From NCBI GenBank assembly GCA_035221665.1, contig CM069133.1, positions 130,510,001-130,574,000 of the forward strand: DNA of 64,000 bases, given 5' to 3'. Numbering within the stretch: the stretch's first letter is position 1; each line of letters opens with the position of its first letter. This DNA comes from Okamejei kenojei (taxonomy: Eukaryota). The notes under the pieces are model-generated. The model saw nothing but the letters and a program-made list of their open reading frames with translations, did not search any database and was not told where the DNA came from. This document shows positions 48,354 through 62,935 of this stretch, piece after piece. The position numbers were made by a program, and so were the translations under genes.

Positions 48354-51300
48354 ATAAGATGCCAGAGGAAGTGCAGGAAATGGATACAATTACTATATTT
48401 AAGAAGCATTGAGATAGACATTAAAATAGACAGACAAGACTTCGAAGATTATGATCCTAATGTTGGCATATAGGTTTGCTGTAGATTGGAAAAAGGTGGG
48501 TATGAATGTGGTGGGCTCTGCTGTATGACTCTGTCTCACTATAGTAAATAGGACATCTTATTAAATGTGCTGTTCATTCTTATCGCCAGCCATTCAAAAC
48601 AAGAGCGTGATTGAACACAAGTGTCTGCATGCTATTTAATATTAATCAGGCCACTGTGTGAGATACTACAACCGGCCTCTTTGTTTCTGATAATCTCATG
48701 AGGAACAAAAGAAAAAATGATTCATCTGAAATATTGAGGAGTACAGGGACAGCTGACATCTTTCCTGGACAACTTTTGTGGATCTTTTATGATCAGTCAG
48801 CCCATGAAACATATTCAGGTGGACATATCTAAATGTTGACCAAACATGTAGTGGAGCTCAATTGGAAAAACCAACACCAATGGCCAACCTTATCATGTGC
48901 CAAATGATGCCCACACTCAGGACACCATCCTTGATCTTTATCTCCTGAGAAAGGGAGAAAATTATTAGGCATTAGGTCAGCTGTTCTCTTTTACAGCTTT
49001 TGAAGAGCTAATGTTTCGTGCCCATGATACTTATCAACAAAAAAATAATAATCTGCTGCATTCAAGAAAGAGACTAATAGATTTTTGGATATAAAGGGTA
49101 CAAAGGGATGGTTATGTAGGAAGGTGACAATGCTGGGACAAGCGGGCAAATGGCCAATTGTGGCTTCCACTTTGATTGCAGCAGAAGACATTTTTCTGTG
49201 TGATAAATTTCACTTGTTTTTCCTGCTGGGTCAGTGCACAGCTAAGAGCAGATTGGCCCAGAAATATTCCTCCATGATGACTCGGCCAACATCAGTCATG
49301 TGGCTAATGCCATCATATGTGATCAATGGTCCAAATTTACCAAACTATCTCAGGGCACAAAGGTTCAATCACATTTAATTATCAGACATAGAAAATCAGG
49401 GAGGAAACCTTATAGCATATGTGTTGTGTAATGGAAATGAAGGAAGTGGCTGATGTAATGGTTAACTCACAGGCTCTGCCACACTCAGTTTTTATCGGTC
49501 TCTATATCATCAGAAGCATTATTGCGTGTTTCTTTGATGGACCCACGGCATAGAAAAAGGATCTGTTTCTCTACTTTCCCTCTCCACTTTCACTCCTGAT
49601 GCAAGGTTTTGACCTGAAACATCATCCATTCCTTTCCATCCATTGATGCTGCTCGACCATCTGAAATCCTCTAGCAGCTTGTTATTTCCAAACTCTGTGC
49701 ACCACTCCTGATGGAAGACACAACTGTTCCATGTTGGAGCATGACAGTGTGCAAAATGCTTCTGCAATGTTTTAAATGCATTTCTGCCCAATGTTGCTAA
49801 TTATTATGGAAATGGGTGAACACTGAGAATCTCCTCGTCAACAAGATTACTTAATTTTTATGGAATGTAGGACGGAATCAATCATCACCATGCTTACAAT
49901 ATCAGCTGTGAGTAGAGACATTTGCCTTGGATGAAGACATCAGAGCTAGTTGCTAAATTTTTCTGATGAAGAGGACATAAGAAGTTACAAGGGAATATAG
50001 ACGTGGCAAAGATCTGCTGAATAGATATGATGTGAGGAAAATGAAATTGTGTGTTTGGCAAGAAATATAAAAAAGGAACTTATTCTCTAAATGATGAGAG
50101 GTTGCCGAGCTTCAAGATGAAGAAGGATTAGTGTCTTAATGCATGATTCACAAGAGACATTAAGGCTAGTTTGCAAGTATTGCAATTTAATCAGGAAAGT
50201 TAACAGAGTGTTATCATCTATTTCTAGTGAAATTGAATATACAAGTAGGGAGATTTTGCTTCAGTCATATGGACTTTGGTAGGACCATATCGAGAATACA
50301 GTGTACATTATTGATCCCCTTATTTAAGGAAGGACAGTAATGCTTTGGAAGTGGTTCCAAGAAGGATTACTAGATTAAAACATTGAATGAAAGGGTTGCC
50401 ACATGAGGAAAAGTTGAGAAGGCCTTACTTGTATCTGCCGAAGCTCAAAAGAATGTGAGGCTTTGTAATTGATGCAAAGATAAACACAAAGTGCTAAAGT
50501 GCTGGAGCAACTCAGCGTGTCAGGCAGCATCTCTGGAGAAAAATGATGGGTGACGTTTCAGTTCTAGACCTTTCTTCAGACTGAAGGTAGGAGGTGTGTG
50601 GGGGGGGGGGGGCTGGAGGTGGAGAGCAGGAAGTGAAAACAGGCCAGGAGCAATCAGGGGCAGCCACAAATAACCTCAGGCAGGTTGGTGCACTTGTGGG
50701 TCCATTGTTGGCCAGGGAAGGTGTGCTTTCAGGAAGGATACAATGTGGAGAACTGTGGAACTGATAAAATGACTAGAGAGTGGAAGGAGACAAGAGAGGG
50801 GGGTGGGGTGGGGGGGGGGGGGGGGGGAGAGGGGAAAGAAGGGGAGTGAAAGTAGAAAGTTACTTAAAATTGTATAATTCAATGTTCATAAAATCACTCT
50901 CACTGCACTGGGTTGTAAGTAGGCAGAAACAATGGTCATGGTCAGCCAGTTCAGTTTGCAGTTTCCTGCCTGCTTGTGGGAGAGAGGTAGAAATGGGCTA
51001 TAGGTGAAAATGTGAACCTGGGGAACAATGAGGTTGGTGGCTTTGCAGGGCAAAGATCACCAGAGGTGATGAAATAAGTAGAATAAAATAATCATATGGA
51101 GAAATAAAATGGCATGGTGTGGTGCTCCATTCTAGCAGGGTCATGTTATTAAAAGGTAGCTACGGAGAGGTGTCCACTGGAGCGGAGTCTGGTCTCTAAA
51201 ACACGGTAGAAGGGTCAGAGCCTGAACCCTTGTCGGTAGGGTTTGAAGATAATTTTGTTGTTTGCGATTGTTGTGAAGTGAGTGGATGGCTTGACATTCT

Positions 51301-51926
51301 CATTCAGTAGGTTGATAATCATCTATCATATAGAGTAGGGAATGGGAGTGGACAGTTGTCATCGGGGGGGGAATCTCATTTGGGGCAGCAGTTAGAAGGT
51401 AAAAAGGTTCCAGGGAAGGTTAGATGGCAGTTTGGGAAGTCACCAGAGGAGAGGAATGTTATAGAGATGAGAGAGAGGTGATGGAAGAAAAGCCTCAATG
51501 TCATGTACTATGCCCCAATTTTAATTAAAATAGTTCCTTCTGAAGCTTCTGACAAGGGTGAATTTGCAGCAAACGCTCATCTAACTTGTGGGAAAGAAAA
51601 TCTGGTCACTAATTAAAATCATGGAGTCACATTATTTATGACAAGAGTTGAGGGAAAATTAAAAGATCTCTCAAATGTTCATGAGACCTTGCAACGGTAA
51701 TTGTTCCTGGAGCAATAAAAGCAGTCCTTTAATATTTTTTAAGACTGAGGTAGTAATGATTTGATGACCAAGGAGCAAAATTACTGTAGGTAGAACAGGA
51801 ACTCTGAGCTGAAGCTACAATCAAATCCCCATGATATTTATTAAATGACAAAGGAAAGGTAGATGTGTTTGAAAACATAGAAACACATAGAAACTTAGAA
51901 ATTAGGTGCAGGAGTAGGCCATTCAG
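48354..51926 (+). repeat. ~3.5-kb segment duplicated across the gap (first copy)
   Basis: Collinear with 52499-55982; differences are mostly 1-2 bp indels. Confidence 0.9.
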
Positions 51927-51989
51927 AAGTCGCGTTCAGCAGTTCGAGCACCTGCGACGAGCCCTTGCAGCAGCAGGGGGGCGGCTGTG

Positions 51990-52489
51990 NNNNNNNNNNN
52001 NNNNNNNNNNNNNNNNNNNNNNNNNNNNNNNNNNNNNNNNNNNNNNNNNNNNNNNNNNNNNNNNNNNNNNNNNNNNNNNNNNNNNNNNNNNNNNNNNNNN
52101 NNNNNNNNNNNNNNNNNNNNNNNNNNNNNNNNNNNNNNNNNNNNNNNNNNNNNNNNNNNNNNNNNNNNNNNNNNNNNNNNNNNNNNNNNNNNNNNNNNNN
52201 NNNNNNNNNNNNNNNNNNNNNNNNNNNNNNNNNNNNNNNNNNNNNNNNNNNNNNNNNNNNNNNNNNNNNNNNNNNNNNNNNNNNNNNNNNNNNNNNNNNN
52301 NNNNNNNNNNNNNNNNNNNNNNNNNNNNNNNNNNNNNNNNNNNNNNNNNNNNNNNNNNNNNNNNNNNNNNNNNNNNNNNNNNNNNNNNNNNNNNNNNNNN
52401 NNNNNNNNNNNNNNNNNNNNNNNNNNNNNNNNNNNNNNNNNNNNNNNNNNNNNNNNNNNNNNNNNNNNNNNNNNNNNNNNNNNNNNNNN
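51990..52489. other. Assembly gap (500 N)
   Basis: Run of exactly 500 n. Confidence 1.
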
Positions 52490-52498
52490 CAAAAACAC

Positions 52499-55400
52499 AT
52501 AAGATGCAGCAGAAGTGCAGGAAATGTATACAATTACTATATTTAAGAAGCATTGAGATTAGACATTAAAATAGGCAGACAAGACTTCGGAAGTTATGGA
52601 ACTAATGTTGGCATATAGGTGTGCTGTAGTAGATTGGAAAATAGGTGGGTATGAATGTGGTGGGCTCTGCTGTATGACTATGTCTCACTTAGTAAGTAAA
52701 TAGGACATCTTATTAAATGTGCTGTTCATTCTTATCGCCAGCCATTCAAAACAAGAGCGTGATTGAACACAAGTGTCTGCATGCTATTTAATATTAATCA
52801 GGCCACTGTGTGAGATACTACAAACGGCCTCTTTGTTCTGCTTAATCTCATGTGGAACAAAAGAAAAAATGATTCATCTGAATATTGAGGAGTACAGGGA
52901 CAGCTGACATCTTTCCTGGACAACTTTTGTGGATCTTTTATGATCAGTCGCCCATGAAAAACGATATTCAGGTGGACATATCTAAATGTTGACCAAACAT
53001 GTAGTGGAGCTCAATTGGAAAAACCAACACAATGGCCAACCTTATCATGTGCAAATGATGCCCCACTTAGGACACCATCCTTGATCTTTATTCCTGAGAA
53101 AGGAGAAAAATTATTAGGCATTAGGTAAGCTGTTCTATTTTACAGCTTTTGAAGAGCTAATGTTTCGTGCACCATGATACATATCAACAAAAAATAATAA
53201 TCTGCTGCATTCAAGAAAGAGACTATAGATTTTTGGATATAAGGAGTAACAAGGGTTATGGTTATGTAGGAAGGTGACAATGCTGGGAAAAGCGGGCAAA
53301 TGGCCAATTGTGGCTTCCACTTTGATTGCAGCAGAAGACATTTTTTCTGTGTTGATTAAATTTCACTTGTTTTTCCTGCTGGGTTCAGTGCACAGCTAAG
53401 AGCAGATTGGCCAGAAAATATTCCTCCATGATGACTCGGCCAACATCAGTCATATGGCTAATGCCATCTCTTTGTGATTCAATGTCCAAATTTACCAAAC
53501 TATCTCAGGGCACTAAGGTTCAATACATTTAATTAATCGACATAGAGAAAATCAGGGAGAATACCTTATAGCATTATGTGTTGTGTAATGGAAATGAAGA
53601 AGTGGCTGATGTAATGGTTAACTCACAGGCTCTGCCACACTTCAGTTTTTATCGCGTTCTATACCTTCAGATGCATTATTGCAGTGTTTCTTTGATGGGA
53701 CCCCTCAGCACAGAAAAAGGATCTGTGTCTTATTTTCCCTCTCCACTTTCATCTGATGCAAGTTTTGACTGAAACTTCATCCAATTCCTTTCCATCCATT
53801 GATGCTTGCTCGACCATCTGAATCCTCTAGCAGCTTGTTATTTCCAAAACTCTGTTGCACCACTCTGATGGAAGACACAACTGTTTCCATGGTTGGAGCG
53901 ATGACAGTGTGCAAAATGCTTTGCAATGTTTTAAATGCATTTCTGCCCATGTTGTTTAATTATTATGGAAAATGGGTGAACACTGAGAATCTCCTCGTCA
54001 CAAGTTATTAATTTTTATGGAATGTAGGACGGAATCATTCATCACTATGCTATACAATATCAGCTGTGAGTAGAGTACATTTGCCTTGGATGAAGACATC
54101 AGAGTAGTTGCTAAATTTTTTGATGAGAGGCATAAGAAGTTACCGAAGGGAATATAGGACGTGGCAAAGATTGCTGAATAGATATGATGTGAGGAAAAAT
54201 GAAAAATTGTGTGTTTGGCAAGGAAATATAAAAAGGAACTTATTCTCTAAATGATGAGAGGTTCCGAGCTTCAAGATGAAGAAGGTATTAGTGTCTAATG
54301 CATGATTCACAAGAGACATTAAGGGCTAGTTTTGCAAGTATTGCAATTTAATCAGGAAAGTTAACAGCGTAGTTATCATCTATTTCTAGTGAAATTTGAA
54401 TATACAAGTAGGGAGGATTTTTGCTTCAGTCATATGGACTTTGGTAGGGACCTCATATCGAGAATTCAGTGTACATTATTGATCCCATTTTATTTAGGAA
54501 GGACAGTAATGCTTTGGACGTGGTTCAAGAAGGATTACTAGATTAAAAACATTGAATGAAAGGGTTGCCACATGAGGAAAAAGTTGAGGAAAGGCCTTAC
54601 TAGTATCTGCCGAAAAGCTTCAAAAGAATGTGAGCTTGTAATTGATGCAAAGAATAAACAACAAAGTGCTAAAGTGCTGGAGTAACTCAGCGTGTCAGGC
54701 AGCATCTCTGGAGAAAATGATGGGTGAGTTTCAGTTCTAGACCTTTCTTAAGATGAAGGTAGGAGGGTGTGTGTGGGGGGGGGGGGGCTGGAGGTGGAGA
54801 GCAGGAAGTGAAAACAGGCCAGGAGCAATCAGGGGCAGCCACAAATAACCTCAGGCAGGTTGTGGTGCACTTGTGGGTCCATTGTTGGCCAGGGAGGAGA
54901 AGGTGTTGCTTTCAGGAAGGATTCAATGTGGAAGAAACTGTGTGAACTGATAAAATGACTAGAGAGGTGGAAGGAGACAAGAGAGGGGGGGGGGGGGGGG
55001 AGAGGGGAAAGAAGGGGAGTGAAAGTAAAAGTTACTTAAAATTGTATAATTCAATGTTCATATCACTGGGTTGTAAGTAGGCAGAAACAATGGGTCAGCC
55101 AGTGCAGTTCTGCATGTGTGAGGAGGTAGAAATGGGCTATGTGAACCTGGGGAACAATGAGGTTGGTGGCTTTGCAGGGCAGATCACCAGAGGTGATGAA
55201 ATAAGAGATAATCATGGAGGAAAAATGGCATGGGCCATGGTGCTCATCTGCAGGGTCACATGGTTATTTAAAAGGTAGCTAGCGTAGGGAGAGGTGTCAC
55301 GAGCTGGAGTCTGGTCTCAACACGGTAGAAGTCAGCCTACCTCTTGTCGGTAGGTTGAGTGTAATTTTGCGATTGTTTGTGAAGTGAGTGGATGGCTTGA

Positions 55401-55982
55401 CATTCCAGTTAGGTGTGAGATTTTAGGTAGGGAATGTGGAGTGGACAGTTGTCATCTATTCAGGCAGTTTAGAGGTAAAAAGGTCCAGGAAGGTTTAGAT
55501 GGCTTATTTGGGGAAAGAGTCAAGAGGAGGTGGAATGTTAAGAGATGAGAGGTGATGGAAGAAAAGCTCTATGTCATGTACTATGGCCCAATGTAATTAA
55601 ATAGTCTTTCTGAAGCTTTCTTGACAGGTGGTGAAATTTTTGCAGCAAACTGGCTCTTCTTGTGAAGAATCTGGTTGTCACTATAAATCATGGAGACTTA
55701 TTTATGACAGAGTTGAGGGAAAATAAAATCTCTCAAATGGTCATGAGTCATTGCAACGGTATTGTTCCTGGAGCAATAAAAGCAGTCTTTGAATATTTTT
55801 AAGACTGAGGTAGTAATGATTTGAAGACCAAGGAGGCAAAAGGTTACTGTAGGTAGACAGGAACTCAGAGCTGAAGCTACAATCAAATCCCCATGATATT
55901 ATTAAATGACAAAGGAAGGTTGATGTGTTGAAACATAGAAACATAGAAACATAGAAATTAGGTGCAGGAGTAGGCCATTCAG
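52499..55982 (+). repeat. ~3.5-kb segment duplicated across the gap (second copy)
   Basis: ataagatgc...ggagtaggccattcag repeats 48354-51926. Confidence 0.9.
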
Positions 55983-57097
55983 CCCTTCGAGCCTGCACGG
56001 CCATTCAATATGATCATGGCTGATCATCCAACTCAGTATCCCGTACCTGCCTTCTCTCATACCTCTGATTTCCCTTAGCCACATGGGCCACATCAACTCA
56101 CTCTTAAATATAGCCAAGTGTGAACTGGGCCTCAAACTTCCCTCTGTGGCAGAGAGTTCCTGAGACTCCCCACTCTCTGTGTGAAGAAGAAAGTCTTTCT
56201 CATCTCGGTCTTAAAGGATTTCCCCCTTATCTTCAAGCTGTGACCCCTTGTCCTGGACTTCCCCAACATCGGGATCAATCTTCCTGCATCCTAGCCTGTC
56301 CAACCCCTAAGAAATTCTGTAAGTTTTCTAAGATCCCCTCTTAAATCTCCTAAATTCCAGAGGTATAAACCGAGTCTATCCAGTCTTTCTTCCCATAAGA
56401 CAGGCCTGACATACAGGAATCAGTTCTGTGTGAACCTTCTCTGCACTCCCTCTATGGCAATATGTCCTTCCTCAGATTTGGAGGGACCAAAACTGCACGC
56501 AATACTCCAGGTTGGTCTCACCAAGACCCTGCTACAAAACTGAGAGTAGAACCTCCCTGCTCCTGTTACTCAAAATCCTTTTGCTTGAAAAGTAACATAC
56601 CATTCGCTTTTTTCACTGCCTGATGCACCTGATCGCCTACTTTCAATGGACTGGGTGTACCATGGAACCCAGGTCTCGCTGCTCTCCCCTTTTCCCACTC
56701 GGGGGTCCCCCCACCATTTAAATAATAGTCCTACTTTCTGTTTTTGCCACCAAAGTGGATAACCTTCAATTTATCACATTATACTGCATTCTGCCAATAC
56801 ATTTGCCCACTCACCCAAGCCTATCCAAGTCACCTTGCAGTCTCTAGCATCCTCCTCACATGCGAACACTGCCCCCCAGCTTAGTGGTTCATCCGCAAAC
56901 TTGGAGATATTGCCTTCAATTTCCCTCATCCAGATCATTTAATATATATTGGTAAAATAGCCTGGGGTTTTCACAGCACTGAGCCCTGCGGTACCCCACT
57001 AGTTACTGCCTGCCATTGTGAAAAGGACCCGTTTACTCCTACTCTTTGCTTCCTGTTTGCCAGCCAGTTCTCTATCCACATCAATACTGAACCCCTA
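55931..57097 (-). mobile_element. CR1 3' portion with (ctatgttt)n tail and many 1-bp indels
   Basis: Reverse complement of the family at 59978-60524 and 18559-19416. Confidence 0.88.
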
Positions 57098-57124
57098 ATT
57101 GAGTGGTCTAACCTGCTCCAAATT

Positions 57125-57465
57125 ATGAAGAGCTTGGATAGAGTGGATATGGAGAGGAGGTTTCCATTCGTGGTAGTGTCTAGGACCAGGGGTCACAACC
57201 TCAGAATAAAAAGACGTACCTTTAGACAGGAGAAGAGGAGGAATTTCTCTAGCCAGAGGGTGGCGAATCTGTGGAATTCATTGCCACATATGGGTATTTT
57301 TAAAGCAGAGATTGATTGATTGATAGGTTCCTGATTCATAAGGGTGACAAAGGTTATGGGGAGAAGACAGGAGAATGGGTTTGAGAGGGAAAGATAGATC
57401 AGCCATGATAGAATGACGGAGCAGACTCGATGGGACAAATGGCCCAATTTAGCTCCTATGATTTA
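57125..57465 (+). mobile_element. CR1 3' end
   Basis: LDRVDMERRFP..SRTRGHNL..FSSQRVANLWNSLP. Confidence 0.8.
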
Positions 57466-59865
57466 TGAACACACTCCTGAATCCTATTTATTAAATTTTT
57501 TTTTATTTTTGGGGGGGTGGGTTTATAAGATATGAACACTGCTTTCAGTAATATGATATCAATGAGTGAGAAAAAGCATTACATTATTTTTACTAACTTT
57601 TACCATAACACCCATAATAATTATTTGCTTTAAAGATTAAACTCGAGTCTGATGGTGGCGCATTCAAAAGTATGCTGCAGGATGAAGTATTCCGATAATG
57701 TGTTTTAAGTACAAGGAACGGGATAAACAGTTTTCTTTCAGGCGGCAGAGGTTAATCTTTTCTGCAGAGAATTTTACGGAATCAGACTTCAGCAGCTTAA
57801 GTTGACATTTATATGAAATGCTCACTTGTCTACTTTTCCCCTTTCACTGATTCTTTGGCTCTGAGGTACGAGATAAAACTGGTGCTATCATCACATCCAG
57901 CTACCTTGAAAGACATCTTTGATCGCTTTCTCATCCATTTTAAAAATAAAGTCACTTCAGGATCTGTGGTGAGCACATAGGGAGGAGGAATAATGCTTCA
58001 GTCAACACAGTCCTTCCTCTGCACAGCATCCCCTCTATCGTTCAGTGGACCTGGAATGTAATTATGATGTAGAAACATTTAGTGAAAGGACAGGGGAGTT
58101 GTGGCTGTGGGGGTGCATATTTTCTTACTGTCTATTTTTCACAAGGGCCGAGAATAATGGGGTACAACTTTTTAAATTATCCATCGTGGGATTTATAAAT
58201 CAATTTCTGTTTTGTCATTTGTTGTAATATAACGTTATAAAATTTCAATAGATTATTTTTACATCATACGAGGTTTTTCTGAAGCTTTTGAAATCCTATT
58301 GAACTGAATAAAGCTGATAAATGTGAAGAGGAAATTGCTTCAATAAAAAATTACCTTGGTTTGATCCAGCAGTAGAGAGGGAGTAAATAATGACGCATTT
58401 TCTATATATCGTACTTTAATGGGGCACTCAAATGGCAGAGGCCATTAAACCACTCAGTTTGACATGCAGAGAAACAGTTGACATATATTTCACTTTGTGC
58501 TTCATTTCACTTTTGTGTTCAATTAAAGAATAGCCCACAGTAGACTTCAACAAATAACATCCCATATACATTTGAAATAAAGCCCATGTAAAGCACCAAA
58601 ATGAATTATTTCTCTTTGAAAGATGCAGCAATGGATTGAAGACTCCTTGTTTTTCACAGGGATGGTGTTGTGTTTCGCAAATGCCCCCTGCCTTCCTGCA
58701 CCAATCAGTATACAACACTCAGCAGTCTCACTGGGTCAGGCCAGAAAAGTTCACTAGCTCAAAGAGCTGCAGCAATGCTACCCTCATACTAATTGGGTGC
58801 AATCAAACCCTGGCTCGAAACAGACTCTAAATCATGAATGCTCTTTAAAATGTCAATGGTTGGTTCTTTATTTCAGTTTGAAGTCCTATTACATGCTGAG
58901 GAGACGACGCCTAATGCAAAGTGGAGAGTGAAGAATAAAACCTATCCCGCGGGAATTAATTATGACAGATCTAAGTCAGCACAATTTTTGCTTTGAGTTA
59001 TTATAAACTGCACGTAATCCCTGAAGTGTGAGCTCTACAGTCGACTAATTTCTATATTTCTACTAAAAATGGATGCTGGAAAGAGCAGGAAAGCGCTACC
59101 AAAGTGGACTGATTTCATATTGGAGCAGAGCAAAGTCTGAAACAAAACATGTGCATTCATATTACAACATCTGTTGTTATTTCCCATATGTACACCCCAT
59201 CGATCATTTGTACTTCAGCTCGAACAAATCCCCATGGCTTTGAGAATTTGAAAGGAAATATTTCCCTTTGAGCTCACCAAAAACTCTTGACAGTCTGTAA
59301 TTAATGCCAATAAGAGCATTGCTCCTATTTATAACTCTAACATGTGTTTCATCCCCTTCGATGTGAAGCCAGCTGTGTGAAACCGACTGTCGTACATTAT
59401 TTCCAGGGAGGGCAAGACATCCCCTTCATGCCCCAATTGCAAAATGCACGACCTACAAGGCAATTGAGCCCACAATCCTTCAATGAAGTTGAAAGCTTCA
59501 AATTTACACTGTGCAAGATTGCTTTAAAAGAAAATACACATAGAGTTGGTAGTTGTGGTTCACTGAGTTCACGGGAGGTTAATCGCTAGAAATTTGATCC
59601 AATGATGATTATTTACATGAACTCTGCAACTTTACAATGGCCATATTCCCTATGGTCAAACATTATTTGGATTTACATGAAAAATTCCAAGAATTAAAAC
59701 TCCATCTGCAACCAACTGGAGAAAGTTAACAGACTAGTAAAGGAGGGAAAACCAAGATGGGGAATAGATTGTCAAGATGTCCCTTTTAACCAGATCCCTC
59801 TGTTTCCGGCAATATTTTCTTTATATCGCTTTACATCTGCTTGGTCAGATGAATGTCCATGTGTA

Positions 59866-60673
59866 TCCCCTTCGGCCCATCAAACCCGTGCCGACCAATG
59901 ATCACCCACACACTAGGTCTATCCTACACTCCAGGGACAATTTACATAAGCGAATTAACATACAAACCTGCATGTCTTTGGTCTCCAAATCTGAGGAAGG
60001 ACATTATTGCCATAGAGGGAGTGCAGAGAAGGTTCACCAGACTGATTCCTGGGATGTCAGGACTGTCTTATGAAGAAAGACTGGATAGACTCGGTTTATA
60101 CTCTCTGGAATTTAGGAGATTAAGAGGGGATCTTATAGAAACTTACAAAATTCTTAAGGGGTTGGACAGGCTAGATGCAGGAAGATTGTTCCCGATGTTG
60201 GGGAAGTCCAGGACAAGGGGTCACAGCTTAAGGATAAGGGGGAAATCCTTTAAGACCGAGATGAGAAAGACTTTCTTCACACAGAGAGTGGTGAGTCTCT
60301 GGAACTCTCTGCCACAGAGGGTAGTTGAGGCCAGTTCATTGGCTATATTTAAGAGTGAGTTGGATGTGGCCCTTGTGGCTAAGGGGATCAGAGGGTATGG
60401 AGAGAAGGCAGGTATGGGATACTGAGTTGGATGATCAGCCATGATAATATTGAATGGCGGTGCAGGCTCGAAGGGCTGAATGGCCTACTCCTGCACCTAA
60501 TTTCTATGTTTCTATGTTTCTATGAATGTGGGAGGAAACCGGAGCACCCGGAGAAAACCCACGTGGTCACAGGGGGAACATACAAACCCCATACAGACAG
60601 CATCCATAGTCAGGATCGAACCTGGGTCTCTGGCACTGTAAGACAGCAACTCTACTGCTGCACCACTGTGCTG
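59866..60673 (-). mobile_element. V-SINE (HE1-like) interrupted by a plus-strand CR1 3' copy (about 59978-60524)
   Basis: SINE text acaaacctgcatgtctttg|gaatgtgggaggaaaccggagcacc is split by a CR1 with an intact frame (WSPNLRKDI...GY*). Confidence 0.88.
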
Positions 60674-62534
60674 GGTATTGGTTTATTATTGTCACGTGTA
60701 GAGAGATACAGTGAAAAACATTGTTTTGTGTGCTATCCAGACACATTATGCCATACATGAGGAAATTTATACCATATCTCAGCACTACAGGTAGTGCAAA
60801 AGAGAAAGGAAACAGAGTGTTTAACATAGTGTTATAGCTCCAATTAAATCATGGATCAAAAAAATGCAAGGATAGCTACAAGGAATATTGGGAATAGATC
60901 TTATGTATTTGAAAGGTCAATTTCCATACAAAGCTGTTTTGCATCCCAATAGTGTGTTTGCTATGGTGCATCTGTAGAAATTCGTAAGAGCCATTTGAAA
61001 CATGGTGCTTTTCTTCAGTCATCTGAGGAAGGAGAAGCATTGGCGTGCTATCTTAGCTGTAGTCAATGTGGTTGGTTCAGGCCACATTTTTGCTTTACCG
61101 ACTGTACAGGCAATGGAGTTGACAATGGAGACTTCAACTGTGGCTTCTCTACATATTTATACTTTTCATTTTTATTTCAAAATAAATGTCTTTTAATTGG
61201 GCATTCAATGTGCGCAGAGAATACAATCTGGAGAGAATATTTCATGCAAAGCTGATTGGAGAGGGACTTTCCTCGCTCTGAAGGTGACTTTTCAAAAGAG
61301 ATTTGAGAAGTACTATTGTTTGGGATTGTACCAAAGGTATTGGAAAGTATTCTTCAAAACCTGAAGAATACCTTGCAATAGTCTTCACATCACTGATATG
61401 GTGCTTTATTTTGAAATAATTTGAGATACAATATTATATTTTTGCATTTTTGGGGGGCAATATTGGAGTGGATGAAGGGCAGCTTTCTTCCTTGGATCTT
61501 ATTAAATGTAAAAATTTCTGGAAATCTTCTGACAAATTGCTTTTTTCTCCATAAGAGGAAATGTAAATTTATGGGGCATATTTTGGAATTATGTTTAATC
61601 CATGTGTCACCCCAACTTCTCTTGAAAGTGAGTGATACTTCAGAGAGGAATTCTGATCAGAAAATCATTAACTGAATTGACTGAACTATACCTATTTTAC
61701 CTGACTGTGATTTACAATTTTCATGGCACCTTAGGATTATGAATAATGAATCTGCTCTGTGCTGAAAGATTGACGTTGGCTCAATACGTCAGTAATTAAT
61801 AGGCAAATTGACTACACAAGCCATTTCACTTTTCCACTTCAGCGTTTTACCATATAATCTGAGAAGATTAGGAAGTATCATCAGTGTGCATCATGTATTA
61901 ATGGAAGGACAGTTCATGTTTTTCAAACCTCCCTCAAAGATTATGGGTAAGTTATAAATGTTTTGAAAACATTCCTTGGCATCAGGAAATAAAGCCTGGC
62001 ATCCATCAAAGCCTTGTGCGCAGTTACATTTCATCTCTCTTAAAAGTAAGTAAGTCTATAGTATTTAGTATACATTAAGATACACATATATTTTAGTATA
62101 TTATATATATATTCTTTCTCCCATACACACACACATACTAAAATATACTCACACACATTATAAATAATAGGAAAATATTATACGGTAAAGCATCAAATTA
62201 ATTTTCCCCAATTATTTTCCAAGCAAAGAAGATATAGAATGCATATTATTTCTTTCTGTGGACCTCCAACCGTCTGATATTTCAAAATTAGCCTCTAGTT
62301 TTATTCTTATAAAGTAATTTCTCTTCAGGACGCAGTTCCTTGAAATGAATTTCTGTCACCTTGGAGTGTTTTAAACCTAGAAATGAGCTATCCTCAAAAT
62401 GTGAGGAAAGTGTCTCCCATTGAAGAGAGAATGTGAAATTTATTTTCAGAACATCATGGACATCATGGAATTTTCTTCGTCAATGCATGATGATAGCAGA
62501 ATATTTGAATATTATAAAGTCTGAGGTAGAGTTA

Positions 62535-62935
62535 AGTCTAATCTTATACAAAATTATAAGAGGAATAGATTGGGTAAATGCACAGAGTCTCTTGCCCAGT
62601 GTCCAGATCAGGTAAATACACAGACTCTCTTGCCCATCGAAAACCAGCGGACATAGATTTGAGGTGAGAGTGGTAAAATTTAATAGGAACCTGAAGGATA
62701 ACCTTTGCACACAAAGGGTGGGGGGTGTATGGAATAAACTGCCAGTGGAGGAAGTTGAGGCAGGTACTATCACAATGTTTAAGAAACATTTAGACAGGCA
62801 CATGCATACGATTGGATTGGAAGGATATGAGCTAAATGCAGGCAGGTGGGACTAGGGTAGATGGAACATGTCGGTTGGTGAGGGCAAGTTTGGCCAAAGG
62901 GCCTTTTTCCATGTTGTACAACTTTATGTCTCTAT
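62535..62935 (+). mobile_element. CR1 3' end
   Basis: YKIIRGIDWVNAQSL; TQRVGGVWNKLP..FKKHLD. Confidence 0.78.

Noticed and set aside
51865-52569. Six long ORFs
   Set aside because: Artefacts of translating the 500-N gap.
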